Made by a program: the position numbers and the translations under genes. Shown in pieces: positions 1-9,949 of a DNA stretch of 62,222 bases (position 1 is the stretch's first letter; the number at the start of each line of letters is the position of its first letter). Origin of the DNA: Actinomycetota bacterium (GTDB lineage Bacteria > Actinomycetota > Actinomycetes > S36-B12 > UBA5976); the NCBI GenBank assembly GCA_947448865.1, contig CANFOW010000004.1:1-62222 (forward strand), read 5' to 3'. The notes beneath the pieces were generated by a model that did not search any database, was not told the DNA's origin, and worked only from the letters and a program-made list of their open reading frames with translations.

Positions 1-342
1 GGTTTGGAATTTGTTATAACTCTTGGAACTGGTGTTGGTGCTGCACTGTTTTGGGATGGCACGCTTTTGCCTCATCTCGAACTTGGACATGCGCCGTTTC
101 GCAAAGGTGACTCCTTTGAGGAGCAACTCGGAAACGCAGCTCGCAAAGAAGTTGGAAAAGATCGCTGGATAACCCGAGTACTGCGTGCAATCGAGGCATA
201 CGACTCGTTCTTATATGCCGATCGCATTTACATCGGCGGCGGTAATGCCCGGTTGCTCGAAGGCATCTCATTTCCCGAAAAGGTAACCATTGTCTCTAAC
301 ACCGCCGGCATCCTCGGTGGCATCAAAATTTGGGATAGGTAA
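1..342 (+). CDS. ppgK: ROK-family sugar kinase (polyphosphate glucokinase-like), 5' end outside window
   Basis: Motifs ITLGTGVGAALF, ELGH and IYIGGGNA; ORF is open at the window edge. Confidence 0.75.
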   Translation, partial: GLEFVITLGTGVGAALFWDGTLLPHLELGHAPFRKGDSFEEQLGNAARKEVGKDRWITRVLRAIEAYDSFLYADRIYIGGGNARLLEGISFPEKVTIVSNTAGILGGIKIWDR

Positions 343-352
343 GACTGTACCT

Positions 353-811
353 ATGACTAAGTGGCTATCGGAATCCCAGCAGACCAATTGGCGCGCTTGG
401 CTAGCTGCTTCAACACTTTTGCATGACCAGCTCAATCGAGATTTGCAGACTACCGAAAACTTAACAATGGCGGACTATGAAATCTTGGTTCGCCTTTCGG
501 ATGCTCCACAACGACGTATTCGCATGAGTGAACTTGCTGAAATTACACTGTCTTCTCGCAGCCGGCTCAGCCACCAGGTTGATCGTATGGAAAAAGCGGG
601 TTTAGTAACCCGCGAAGTATGTGATTCCGACCGCCGTGGCCAACACTGCATCATGACTGATCAGGGTTGGACCACGTTAGAAGCCGCAGCGCCATCCCAC
701 GTTGCGAGTGTGCGGGAACATTTTGTCGACATTTTGACTGATGAAGAATACAGGGCACTTGGAAAAGCGTGTCAGAAAATTGTCGCTCATCTTGAGTCGC
801 ACAATTCGTAA
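353..811 (+). CDS. MarR-family transcriptional regulator
   Basis: wHTH RMSELA..SRSRLSHQVDRMEKAGLVTR..DRRG; start set at ATG 353. Confidence 0.9.
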   Translation: MTKWLSESQQTNWRAWLAASTLLHDQLNRDLQTTENLTMADYEILVRLSDAPQRRIRMSELAEITLSSRSRLSHQVDRMEKAGLVTREVCDSDRRGQHCIMTDQGWTTLEAAAPSHVASVREHFVDILTDEEYRALGKACQKIVAHLESHNS

Positions 812-923
812 TTTCTTTCAATATTTAGCTGCGTGAATCATTCGCAGTTTTGATAAATATGTGTCACAATTTTTCTCATACAGGTAGTGGACTCCCTGCT
901 ACCTCACTTTTATAGGAGGAACT

Positions 924-1406
924 GTGGCTGCACGTAAAGCCCCAGCGAAGAAGGCAGCCGCCAAGAAGGCCGCTCCTGCAAAGAAGGCAGCTAAGAAAGC
1001 TGTCAAGAAGGCCACCGCTAAAAAGACCGTAGCCAAGAAGGCAGCAAAGAAGACTGTCAAGAAGGCTGCTGCTAAGAAGACCGTAGCCAAGAAGGCAGCA
1101 AAGAAAGCTGTCAAGAAGGCCACTGCAAAGAAGACTGCTGCAAAGAAGTCTGTCAAGAAAGTAGCTAAGAAAGCTGCTGCTAAGAAGACTGCTGCAAAGA
1201 AGTCAGTTAAGAAGGTTGCAAAGAAAGCTGTCAAGAAAGCTGCTGCTAAGAAGACCGTAGTCAAGAAAGCAGCGAAGAAGACTGTCAAGAAAGCTGCTGC
1301 TAAGAAGACTGCTGCTAAGAAGTCAGTGAAGAAGGCTTCAAACAAGGTTGCCGCAGTTGTTGCTTCAGCAAGTGATGCAGTAAGCGATGCGGTAAGCGAA
1401 AGCTAA
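924..1406 (+). CDS. Lys/Ala-rich histone H1-like nucleoid protein
   Basis: Almost entirely KKAA/KKTV/KKAV repeats; SD aggagga before the GTG; followed by a strong terminator. Confidence 0.85.
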   Translation: MAARKAPAKKAAAKKAAPAKKAAKKAVKKATAKKTVAKKAAKKTVKKAAAKKTVAKKAAKKAVKKATAKKTAAKKSVKKVAKKAAAKKTAAKKSVKKVAKKAVKKAAAKKTVVKKAAKKTVKKAAAKKTAAKKSVKKASNKVAAVVASASDAVSDAVSES

Positions 1407-1423
1407 ACCCAGTAAAACCATCG

Positions 1424-1461
1424 ACGTGGAGTCTGTACTCAGTACAGACTCCACGTTTTTT
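1424..1461 (+). terminator. Rho-independent terminator
   Basis: Perfect inverted repeat acgtggagtctgtact-c-agtacagactccacgt followed by a T run. Confidence 0.9.
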
Positions 1462-1579
1462 GTTGCGCTAATGCAATCCCCCAACAGAATCTGAACGCAT
1501 CAGTTTTCTCTGCGTCACCCCTAACCACATTTAGCGCCATCAAATCTACTTAGCGTCAAATACCTAGTAGATTGCTTGA

Positions 1580-2809
1580 GTGCCACAATTTGGATTCACT
1601 CAGCAACAGATTCTCGAACCTAAAGAATCAGGCGTTCGTGCTGTCGGTCGCGCTGGCACCATCAGTACGCCACACGGTGACATCCAAACACCTGCTTTTA
1701 TTCCAGTAGGTACGAAAGCAACTGTGAAATCCGTTCTACCAGAATCAATGAAAGATCTTGGCGCCCAAGCACTGTTAGCAAACGCGTACCATCTCTATTT
1801 GCAACCCGGCTGCGACATCATTGATTCTGCAGGTGGTGTTGGGAAATTTATGAATTGGTCGGGACCGACCTTCACTGACAGTGGCGGCTTCCAAGTTATG
1901 AGTCTTGGAGTTGGATTCAAAAAAGTACTAGCAATGCAGACCGACACGGTGCAACGCGACGACGTGATTGCTGATCATAAAGAACGACTGGCTCATGTCG
2001 ATGACGATGGAGTCACGTTTAAATCGCACCTTGATGGAAGTATGCACAGATTCTCTCCAGAAATTTCAATGCAGGTGCAACATCAAATTGGCGCAGACAT
2101 CATGTTTGCCTTTGACGAGCTCACGACTTTGATGAACACGCGCGAGTACCAGGAAATGTCGCTAGAACGCACGCGACTGTGGGCTATTCGGTGCGTGGAA
2201 GAACATAAGCGACTCACCATCGAACGAACAGATAAGCCATACCAAGCTCTGTTCGGCGTGATTCAAGGTGCCCAATATGAGGATTTGCGTCGCAAGGCCT
2301 CGAGAGACCTCGGAGCCATGGATTTTGATGGATATGGCATTGGTGGAGCGCTAGACAAGAATTCGCTGTCCACGATTGTGCGTTGGGTAAGTGAAGAGTT
2401 GCCCGCAGATCGTCCACGCCACTTACTCGGCATCGGAGAACCTGAAGACTTTTTTGCTGGAGTAGAAAGTGGCGCAGACACCTTCGATTGTGTTGCCGCG
2501 AGTCGAGCGGGCCGAAACGCAGCTGTGTACACGAAGTTTGGGCGATTCAATATCACGAATGCGAAATATCGCAGGTCGTTTGCACCTGTCACAGATGACT
2601 GCGCCTGCTACACCTGTACGCACTACACCCAGGCTTACCTGCATCACCTTGTTCATGCCAAGGAACTGCTCGCTGCTACCCTGCTGACAATTCACAACGA
2701 ATACTTTGTTGTCAATCTCGTCGCTCGAATTAGAGAAAGCATCTTGGACGGCACGTACTACGAACTTAAGGACGAGTTTTTAGGTACGTTCGCCGGGCGA
2801 TCGTTGTGA
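1580..2809 (+). CDS. tgt: tRNA-guanine transglycosylase
   Basis: TPAFIPVGT, TDSGGFQV, HLLGIG and the Zn site CACYTC...H. Confidence 0.95.
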   Translation: MPQFGFTQQQILEPKESGVRAVGRAGTISTPHGDIQTPAFIPVGTKATVKSVLPESMKDLGAQALLANAYHLYLQPGCDIIDSAGGVGKFMNWSGPTFTDSGGFQVMSLGVGFKKVLAMQTDTVQRDDVIADHKERLAHVDDDGVTFKSHLDGSMHRFSPEISMQVQHQIGADIMFAFDELTTLMNTREYQEMSLERTRLWAIRCVEEHKRLTIERTDKPYQALFGVIQGAQYEDLRRKASRDLGAMDFDGYGIGGALDKNSLSTIVRWVSEELPADRPRHLLGIGEPEDFFAGVESGADTFDCVAASRAGRNAAVYTKFGRFNITNAKYRRSFAPVTDDCACYTCTHYTQAYLHHLVHAKELLAATLLTIHNEYFVVNLVARIRESILDGTYYELKDEFLGTFAGRSL

Positions 2810-2867
2810 TTCCCTAAGCCTGCGGACACACACTTAAAAGTGTGAGCAGTGGTTCATCTGCGATTCG

Positions 2868-3548
2868 CTAAACAATCGCCGTGTTCACTTCGTACGAAGG
2901 TTCATTAGCTTTGATCCAGGCAATGACTCGATAAGTTATCGGCAGCAGAACAACCTCAAGAAGAGTCTTGTAAACGTAACCAACGATGACATAGTTCAAG
3001 AAATCTTTTCCGGTCAAGATTCCGTAGAACGCAATTGTGCAAAAGGCAAGCGTGTCCGCGAATTCTCCGACGACGGTTGATCCGATGAGACGAAACCACA
3101 AAGCACTTTCTTGCGTTCGCTGTTTAATTTTTACCAACACATACGAGTTGAGAAGCTGGCCGACTAGGAACCCGCAGACGCTCGCTAAAACAATGCGTGG
3201 AACAAATCCCAGAATGGATTCGAATGCTGCCTGATTTTCCCAACCGGGAGCACTTGGTGAAAGTTGAATTGCATAGAAAGTCAGGGCCGAAAGAATAGCC
3301 ATGGCAAACCCAAGGAAAATTGTTCGACGAGCGGCTTTGAAACCGTAAACCTCGCTCAGTACGTCACCAGTGATGTACACAAGCGGAAAAAGGAATGCTC
3401 CACCGTCAACAATCAGGGGACCAAAAATTATTAATTTCGTTGCACCTACATTTGAAATGACTAGCAATGCGACAAACACGGCGCTGATGATTGGGTAAAT
3501 GCTGTTGGATGCTCGGGCGTAATGTGGCGCGCGTTCTGTTTGAGTCAT
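2868..3548 (-). CDS. yhhQ: Queuosine precursor transporter (YhhQ/Vut_1)
   Basis: GAFLFPLVYITGDVLSEVYG, PRIVLAS and STVVGEFADT motifs; adjacent to tgt. Confidence 0.9.
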   Translation of the reverse strand: MTQTERAPHYARASNSIYPIISAVFVALLVISNVGATKLIIFGPLIVDGGAFLFPLVYITGDVLSEVYGFKAARRTIFLGFAMAILSALTFYAIQLSPSAPGWENQAAFESILGFVPRIVLASVCGFLVGQLLNSYVLVKIKQRTQESALWFRLIGSTVVGEFADTLAFCTIAFYGILTGKDFLNYVIVGYVYKTLLEVVLLPITYRVIAWIKANEPSYEVNTAIV

Positions 3549-3580
3549 TGTGCTATTCAACCACCCCTACTATGGGTCTT

Positions 3581-4807
3581 GTGAACAATGACGTCTTGCA
3601 AAAACACACTATTCGCACGCTGGCTATTACTCAGATTCTGACGGGAATTGGTGTTGTTTCTACAATTGCGGCCGGATCTTTGCTGGTGTCATCAATTTCC
3701 CACTCTGAATCGCTCGCGGGACTTGCCCAAACATTTAACGTTCTCGGCGCAGCCACTATGGCAATACCTCTTGCATCCCTGACTCACCGTGGTGGACGCC
3801 GCTTGGCGCTGTCCACTGGTTATGTCATTGCCACGATTGGTTCAATTAGCGCCATAATCGGCGGCAGTCACAGAATCTTATTTTTTATGCTGGCCGGGAC
3901 CTTCATGATCGGCGCTTCTTCAGCCGCTAACTACCAGTCACGGTTTGCCGCTGTTGATTTATCTCATCCTGAAAGTCGAGCACGAGACTTGTCGTTCGTT
4001 GTGTGGGCATCAACAATCGGCGCAGTGCTCGGCCCGAATCTCATGGCTCCTTTTGGAAGCATCGCGCCATACTTTGGCCTACCGCGCCTGACTGGGCCTT
4101 ACCTTTTGGCTGCAGTCATGCTTGGAATCGCCACTCTGAATGTCTGGTTTCGACTCAAGCCAGATCCCTATCTGACACACATCACACAAACGCACGGCGA
4201 GAATGTAAAGCCGCCTGCTCGACTGTCTGCACGAGTTGTATTAGCTCGAATGAAGAAATCTCCTCGTACCCTTTTGGGCTTAATGTCCATCGCTATTGGT
4301 CACCTGGCAATGGTGTCCATCATGGTGATGACACCAGTGCACATGTCACACGTTGATGTGAGTTTGAAAATTATTGGATTGGTCATCAGTGTTCACGTCG
4401 CTGGAATGTACGCCTTCTCGCCCATTGTCGGCAAGCTTGCTGATCGAATGGGACGCATTCGCGTTATCCAAATTGGAGCAGGCATCCTTTTATTGTCAGG
4501 ACTGATTGCCGGAACCGCAGATGCCGGAAATAGCGTGCAACTTGGCTGTGGGCTTTTCTTACTCGGTGTTGGATGGTCATGCACGTTGATTGCAGGCTCT
4601 ACCTTGCTCACTGAAACAATTGACGACGACATCCGAGCTAGTGCACAAGGAGCAACTGACTTAGTCATGAATCTGTGTGCAGCTGGTGGTGGTGCGCTCG
4701 CGGGATTAATTATCGCCACGCTGAGCTACGGATTCCTGTGTGCCTTCGTGTGTGTACCAGTAGCCTTCCTCGGCTATCGCGCTACGCGATTGGCTGCTGC
4801 TGCGTAA
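3581..4807 (+). CDS. MFS transporter
   Basis: About 12 hydrophobic segments, GKLADRMGR motif; GTG start 7 nt after TACTAT. Confidence 0.88.
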   Translation: MNNDVLQKHTIRTLAITQILTGIGVVSTIAAGSLLVSSISHSESLAGLAQTFNVLGAATMAIPLASLTHRGGRRLALSTGYVIATIGSISAIIGGSHRILFFMLAGTFMIGASSAANYQSRFAAVDLSHPESRARDLSFVVWASTIGAVLGPNLMAPFGSIAPYFGLPRLTGPYLLAAVMLGIATLNVWFRLKPDPYLTHITQTHGENVKPPARLSARVVLARMKKSPRTLLGLMSIAIGHLAMVSIMVMTPVHMSHVDVSLKIIGLVISVHVAGMYAFSPIVGKLADRMGRIRVIQIGAGILLLSGLIAGTADAGNSVQLGCGLFLLGVGWSCTLIAGSTLLTETIDDDIRASAQGATDLVMNLCAAGGGALAGLIIATLSYGFLCAFVCVPVAFLGYRATRLAAAA

Positions 4808-5798
4808 TGCAGTGAATGCCACCACCGCGAATAAAGATTGGTCGAGCATCAACAGGCACAATTTCGCGACCTGGATAAATCTCTTCGAATAGTTTCTTTG
4901 TACGTTCATCGGCTGGATCATCAAAAGTACACATAATCACTGCCCCATTACAGATGTAATGATTTATGTATCCGTAATCGACAAAGTCAATTTCGTCTCT
5001 GATTACATCAGGGGCTGGAATTGGAATTGCTCGAAACCCGGTTGATTCCACAACTGCGCGAAGTTCTTGTGACACAACGTAATCGGGATGATCAGGATTG
5101 CGTTGATCATGGTACAAAATTGTGTTTTCATCACTGAAGCACGCCAAAATATCTACGTGGCCACGGGTTCCGAAATCTTCATAGTCGCGTGTGAGCCCAC
5201 GTTTGAACCAAAAAACTTGTGATACACCCAGAGTGCGAGCGAACTCCGCTTCCAGGCTTTCCTTTGTGGCTTCCGGATTTCGGAATGGATCAAGCTGCAC
5301 AGTTTCAGTGACAAGTAGTGCCCCTGTCCCATTGACATGAATTCCACCGCCCTCATTAACAATCGGTGACTCTACAAGCGGAACACCAGCCCGATTAATA
5401 ATGAACGGTGCAATTTGGGAATCATGATCCCACTTGGCCCAATGTTGCGCTCCCCAACCGTTAAAAATCCAATCCACAGCACAGAGCGTGCCTGATTCGT
5501 CCCTGACAAATGTTGGACCCATGTCTCGCATCCACGAGTCATCTAATGCAGCGGTAACAATGTCCACACGTTCATCTAGCCATTCGCGAGCTATGTCTTC
5601 ATCGCGAGGATCTACCACCATTGTCACTGGCTCAAAACGAACAATCGCATTAGCGACCTGTGACCACGCGGTGTAGGCATCGTCCATTCCCGACTCAACA
5701 CCAGTGATGTTTTCCCCTGACATGTAACCGGCAGTCGGCCACGCCATCCAGGTGCGTTCGTGAGTTTCCCATTCGGCAGGCATTGTGTACGTCGTCAT
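4782..5798 (-). CDS. aguA: Agmatine deiminase (peptidylarginine deiminase-like family)
   Basis: MPAEWE, WMRDMGP, EGGGI, GHVD and GGGIHCITQQQP motifs. Confidence 0.92.
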   Translation of the reverse strand: MTTYTMPAEWETHERTWMAWPTAGYMSGENITGVESGMDDAYTAWSQVANAIVRFEPVTMVVDPRDEDIAREWLDERVDIVTAALDDSWMRDMGPTFVRDESGTLCAVDWIFNGWGAQHWAKWDHDSQIAPFIINRAGVPLVESPIVNEGGGIHVNGTGALLVTETVQLDPFRNPEATKESLEAEFARTLGVSQVFWFKRGLTRDYEDFGTRGHVDILACFSDENTILYHDQRNPDHPDYVVSQELRAVVESTGFRAIPIPAPDVIRDEIDFVDYGYINHYICNGAVIMCTFDDPADERTKKLFEEIYPGREIVPVDARPIFIRGGGIHCITQQQPIA

Positions 5799-5886
5799 GA
5801 CACGAACTCTAGCGAACCGTGTCGGTACAATAAGGATTCACGGCAATGGCGCCTTCACTCAAGTAAGAAGCGTGGGAGGGATTAGC

Positions 5887-6777
5887 ATGCCAAGCACAGA
5901 TCTAAACACGCTGGTATCCGGCGACATTCCACCACAACCAACTATTTCTTTTGAGTTTTTTCCACCCAAAGATGACCCAGCAGCAGCCATCTTGAATAAC
6001 ACGCTGACCGAGTTAGCTAAACATCGACCTGCTTTTGTGTCAGTTACCTACGGCGCAGGCGGTTCCACGCAAGATCGCACATTCGCTGTTGCACAGTCAA
6101 TTCTCAACACTCTGAAGTGTCGTGTCATTGGACATCTCACCCTCGTGGGTTCCACCGAAGAGCAACTCAGTCATGTGCTTGAGGAATATCAGAAGATCGG
6201 ACTGTCGGGCGTTCTCGCATTGCGTGGTGATCCTGTTGGTGGTCCGACGGCGCCCTGGACAACAACGCCAGGTGGTTACGATTACGCCGATCAACTCGTT
6301 GACCTGATTTCTCGCACGACCACTCTCGAAGTCGGTGTGGCCGCTTTTCCAGACGTGCACCCTGCATCGCAAGGCAACTTCATGCAAGACATTCAAGTAC
6401 TGCTGCGCAAAGAAGAACTTGGCGCCACATTTGCGATTACGCAGTTCGTGTTTGACAGCGGCCGTTACGAAGCGCTGTGCGACGCGTTAGAAAGCCGAGG
6501 GTCACGGTTGCGCATTTATCCAGGAATTATGCCGGTCATGAACTACAACCAAATCGTGCGCATGCTCGAACTCAGTGGTGGCTACATGCCAAAAGCAACG
6601 CGACTTCGATTTGCTCGCTATCAAAACGACCCTGAATCGCTTAAGCAACTCGGCATCGACATTGCCGTGCAAATTTGCGAAGACGTTGTCGCACTCGGAG
6701 CTCCAGGACTGCATTTCTACACACTCAATCAATCGGGGCCGACTGACTCTGTTATTTCACAGCTGTCGTTTCAATAG
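5887..6777 (+). CDS. metF: 5,10-methylenetetrahydrofolate reductase
   Basis: SFEFFPPK, VSVTYGAGG, LALRGDP, ITQF and GLHFYTLN motifs. Confidence 0.95.
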   Translation: MPSTDLNTLVSGDIPPQPTISFEFFPPKDDPAAAILNNTLTELAKHRPAFVSVTYGAGGSTQDRTFAVAQSILNTLKCRVIGHLTLVGSTEEQLSHVLEEYQKIGLSGVLALRGDPVGGPTAPWTTTPGGYDYADQLVDLISRTTTLEVGVAAFPDVHPASQGNFMQDIQVLLRKEELGATFAITQFVFDSGRYEALCDALESRGSRLRIYPGIMPVMNYNQIVRMLELSGGYMPKATRLRFARYQNDPESLKQLGIDIAVQICEDVVALGAPGLHFYTLNQSGPTDSVISQLSFQ

Positions 6778-8122
6778 AGTGCCACTTCGGTTGACGACGC
6801 TTCAGAATTTTACGAAGAATCAATAGACAAATAAGTATCCCTATCGCTTTCCAAAAGCCAATCGGAAATGGACGATGAGCATCGGGGGCTGGGTCTACCT
6901 GAGTTGAATGAGGCATATTCAATGTGGCAACAACTCCCGCATGATCTGTCGGAGCACATATTTCGGCGCCACACTGCCACATGTCTGATCCAGTTGGCCA
7001 CGTATTACCCACGAGTCGAGAACCAGCACCTGGCTCTAATTTTCGCGTGAAGACATAATCCAATCGGTCTGTGAATCCTTGTGGGCGCGCTTTATCAAAC
7101 CCATTAAGTAAAGCGGTATATCCCCACGAAAAGTTTGACGTTTGTTGTGGGTCAGGACCGACATCTGTATAGCCAGCCTGAACCATAGACCAGTATGGGC
7201 TGCACTCAGAATGAGCGGAATCTTTTGAGGGATTTAATTTTTGAACGGGACAAGCCGCGCTTTCAAATGGTTGCTCGCCTAAATTGGGATCGCTTTGTGG
7301 TCGAGGATCTCGTGGATCACTGTTGAAGTCACCCATCACAACAAGTGGCATAGTGACGTTTTTCAAATCATTTATTAACTGATCTGCTTGGGCTTTTGCA
7401 GGTGGTACCTTGCCGGCGTCAAAGAGCGACTCCAGATGAGTTGCAACAAATCGCGTCGGTACACCATGAATCAAGATGTCTGCCCAGCTATAGCCCCGAT
7501 GCACAGTCATCAATGTAGGAATAATTGTGTACGACTTTTTATATTCAGTTGTTCCAACATTTAATACATCAGTCACATGATCGCTTCGAATCAAAATTGC
7601 ATCAGCAATCCTGAATCCACACGCTGCGTCGTCTTTGCCGAATAGCGGTTGGAATGTAGCTGGATCATGCGCCATTGTCACCATAGGGATGGGATTAATG
7701 GCAAAGCCTTCGTTATAGGCAGTTCGTCCATTCGCCGCAGCTAGAACGTATTCCGTACCCATAATCTGTGTTTGTTCAAGTAACTGCTTGACGAAGTCGT
7801 AAACCACTACTGGTCGTGAGAATGGGCCAGGTGTACAAATCCATGTGGTTGCTTCTTGAATTGCAACAACATCTGGATGCTCAGTCACAATTTCTGCGGC
7901 CAACTTCGGTGCCCGCATCGAGAAATCTGTTTTATGGACTTGATCCCACATAAATTGCGCAGCTGCTGAGAAGTTCGGCAAAAGCTTCATCGCTGGGCCG
8001 ACATCGGCACCGAGATAAATATTTCGTGTCATGACTGTGACGTCGTTGACATCCGCATGAACAGGAACTGCAGTTCCCAGGAAGCCCATAATCGTGAATA
8101 AACTGACCGCTAATTTCCGCAC
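6752..8122 (-). CDS. Secreted/membrane-anchored endonuclease/exonuclease/phosphatase (EEP) family protein
   Basis: Signal peptide ending VHA-D; MTRNI, IQE, THLES, GDFNS, RLDYVF and TDH motifs; C-terminal TM plus basic tail. Start revised to GTG 8122. Confidence 0.82.
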   Translation of the reverse strand: MRKLAVSLFTIMGFLGTAVPVHADVNDVTVMTRNIYLGADVGPAMKLLPNFSAAAQFMWDQVHKTDFSMRAPKLAAEIVTEHPDVVAIQEATTWICTPGPFSRPVVVYDFVKQLLEQTQIMGTEYVLAAANGRTAYNEGFAINPIPMVTMAHDPATFQPLFGKDDAACGFRIADAILIRSDHVTDVLNVGTTEYKKSYTIIPTLMTVHRGYSWADILIHGVPTRFVATHLESLFDAGKVPPAKAQADQLINDLKNVTMPLVVMGDFNSDPRDPRPQSDPNLGEQPFESAACPVQKLNPSKDSAHSECSPYWSMVQAGYTDVGPDPQQTSNFSWGYTALLNGFDKARPQGFTDRLDYVFTRKLEPGAGSRLVGNTWPTGSDMWQCGAEICAPTDHAGVVATLNMPHSTQVDPAPDAHRPFPIGFWKAIGILICLLILRKILKRRQPKWHSIETTAVK

Positions 8123-8149
8123 AGCCCAAGTATGGTGCAGAGTAGACGG

Positions 8150-9949
8150 GTGGCAGGCCGTAATCTCATCAACGCTGAGAATGTGACGTTGAATTACGGC
8201 AAAGGTCCCGTGCTCGATTCCGTATCGCTTGGGCTCAATGAAGGCGACCGGATTGGTGTCGTCGGCAGAAACGGTGGCGGTAAATCCTCTCTCATTCGGA
8301 TTTTGACTGGTGTTGAAACTCCAAACTCTGGACGCGTTTCTCGAACAAACGACATTTTCGTGGGCAGCCTGAGCCAGGTCGACCACTACGACCCCGACAT
8401 GACCGTTCGTGAGGTTGTACTCGGCGCAGCCCATGATCACCAATGGGCAACAGATGCTGCAATCCGAGATGTACTGACTGGACTCTTTGGTGGATTTGAT
8501 GAAGAAATCCTGGAACGAAAAATGGGTCCCCTGTCAGGTGGAGAAAAACGACGCGTAGCCCTAGCAAAACTGCTCGTGTCACCACTTGATGTACTCCTGC
8601 TTGATGAGCCCACGAACCATCTCGATGTCGAGGCAGTTGCGTGGCTAGCTGCACACCTGAAGTCTCGTCGAGGACTCGCACTCGTTACCGTCACGCACGA
8701 TCGTTGGTTCCTGGACGAAGTCAGCGAATACACGTGGGAAGTCGTAGATGGAGCTGTCGAAGAATACGAAGGTGGCTACTCTGCTTTTGTCTTGGCAAAA
8801 GTCGAACGGCAAAGACAAGCATCCGTTGCTGACCAAAAGCGCAACATGCTGGTCCGCAAAGAGTTGGCGTGGCTTCGCCGTGGAGCTCCTGCACGTACCT
8901 CGAAACCCAAGTTTCGAATTGATGCGGCAAATGAATTAATCGAAAATGAGCCACCACCTCGAAACAATGTTGAACTACTTGCTTTTGCGAATGCTCGACT
9001 TGGCAAAATGGTGTTTGAACTCAATGACATCGATGTTCGCGTTGGCGAAAAAGAACTTTTCCGAAACGTCACATGGAATATCGGTCCTGGAGATCGCATT
9101 GGCGTTGTCGGCGTCAATGGTGCGGGCAAGACCACGATGCTTCGCATTTTGACCCAAGATCTAAAACCGGTAGCTGGAAAATTTGCCGCGGGTGTGACGG
9201 TAAAAATCGCGTTCTTGTCACAACACCTCGATGAACTCGATCGCACCTGGCGATTGCTCGAAGCTGTCGAGCGCGTGGCAACACATATTGAAATTGGAAA
9301 AGGCAAGAGCCTGAGTGCCGGCCAACTTCTCGAACGACTCGGGTTCCCGGCCTCTTCACATTGGACTCCAGTGGGAGATCTCTCCGGCGGTGAACGTCGC
9401 CGACTCCAGCTCACTCGCTTGTTGATGAGTGGACCAAATGTTCTCATCCTGGATGAACCAACCAATGACTTTGACGTCGAAACCCTGGCTTCGCTTGAAG
9501 ACCTGCTCGACAGTTTCGGCGGAACACTCATCGTGGTGTCTCACGATAGATACTTCATGGAACGCGCTTGCGATACTTTCGTTGGCATCATGGGTGATGG
9601 GCGCGTGACAGACCTACCGCGAGGCATTGAACAATACCTCGAGTTACGTGCGCGACAAATCAACGGCACTTACCCAACATCTTTTGGACAAGCATTTTCG
9701 GACAGCGCCATTTCGGATAAGCCACAACTCAGCGCAGCTCGCCGTCGCGAACTTGAAAAAGACCTTGCTCGCATCGAACGTCAACTAGTCAAAGTTGACG
9801 CCGCAATTGCTCAACTGCACACAGACCTCGGTGCGCATGCAACCGATTACGAAAAAGTTGCCGAGTTAAATACGCAACTGCGTGAATTAGACGCACGAAA
9901 AAACGAACTCGAAGAACAGTGGCTAGCAACTAGCGAGCCTCTGGCCTAA
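8150..9949 (+). CDS. ABC-F family ATP-binding protein (Uup-like)
   Basis: Two ABC cassettes (GRNGGGKS, GVNGAGKT, LSGGE, LDEPTN), no TM segments, C-terminal coiled coil. Confidence 0.92.
   Translation: MAGRNLINAENVTLNYGKGPVLDSVSLGLNEGDRIGVVGRNGGGKSSLIRILTGVETPNSGRVSRTNDIFVGSLSQVDHYDPDMTVREVVLGAAHDHQWATDAAIRDVLTGLFGGFDEEILERKMGPLSGGEKRRVALAKLLVSPLDVLLLDEPTNHLDVEAVAWLAAHLKSRRGLALVTVTHDRWFLDEVSEYTWEVVDGAVEEYEGGYSAFVLAKVERQRQASVADQKRNMLVRKELAWLRRGAPARTSKPKFRIDAANELIENEPPPRNNVELLAFANARLGKMVFELNDIDVRVGEKELFRNVTWNIGPGDRIGVVGVNGAGKTTMLRILTQDLKPVAGKFAAGVTVKIAFLSQHLDELDRTWRLLEAVERVATHIEIGKGKSLSAGQLLERLGFPASSHWTPVGDLSGGERRRLQLTRLLMSGPNVLILDEPTNDFDVETLASLEDLLDSFGGTLIVVSHDRYFMERACDTFVGIMGDGRVTDLPRGIEQYLELRARQINGTYPTSFGQAFSDSAISDKPQLSAARRRELEKDLARIERQLVKVDAAIAQLHTDLGAHATDYEKVAELNTQLRELDARKNELEEQWLATSEPLA

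Noticed and set aside
899-1345. 148-aa Phe/Leu/Ala-rich 'membrane protein' ORF
   Set aside because: Antisense shadow of the lysine-rich repeat gene
3549-3580. preQ1 riboswitch upstream of yhhQ
   Set aside because: Only about 32 bp separate the divergent genes, and no motif is visible
8123-8443. Long N-terminal extensions in the ORF track (e.g. 6752..8443, 13985..16594, 16551..17447, 17136..17756, 58774..59784, 59670..60890)
   Set aside because: They overlap neighbouring genes; better starts with -10 elements or coupling signals exist downstream
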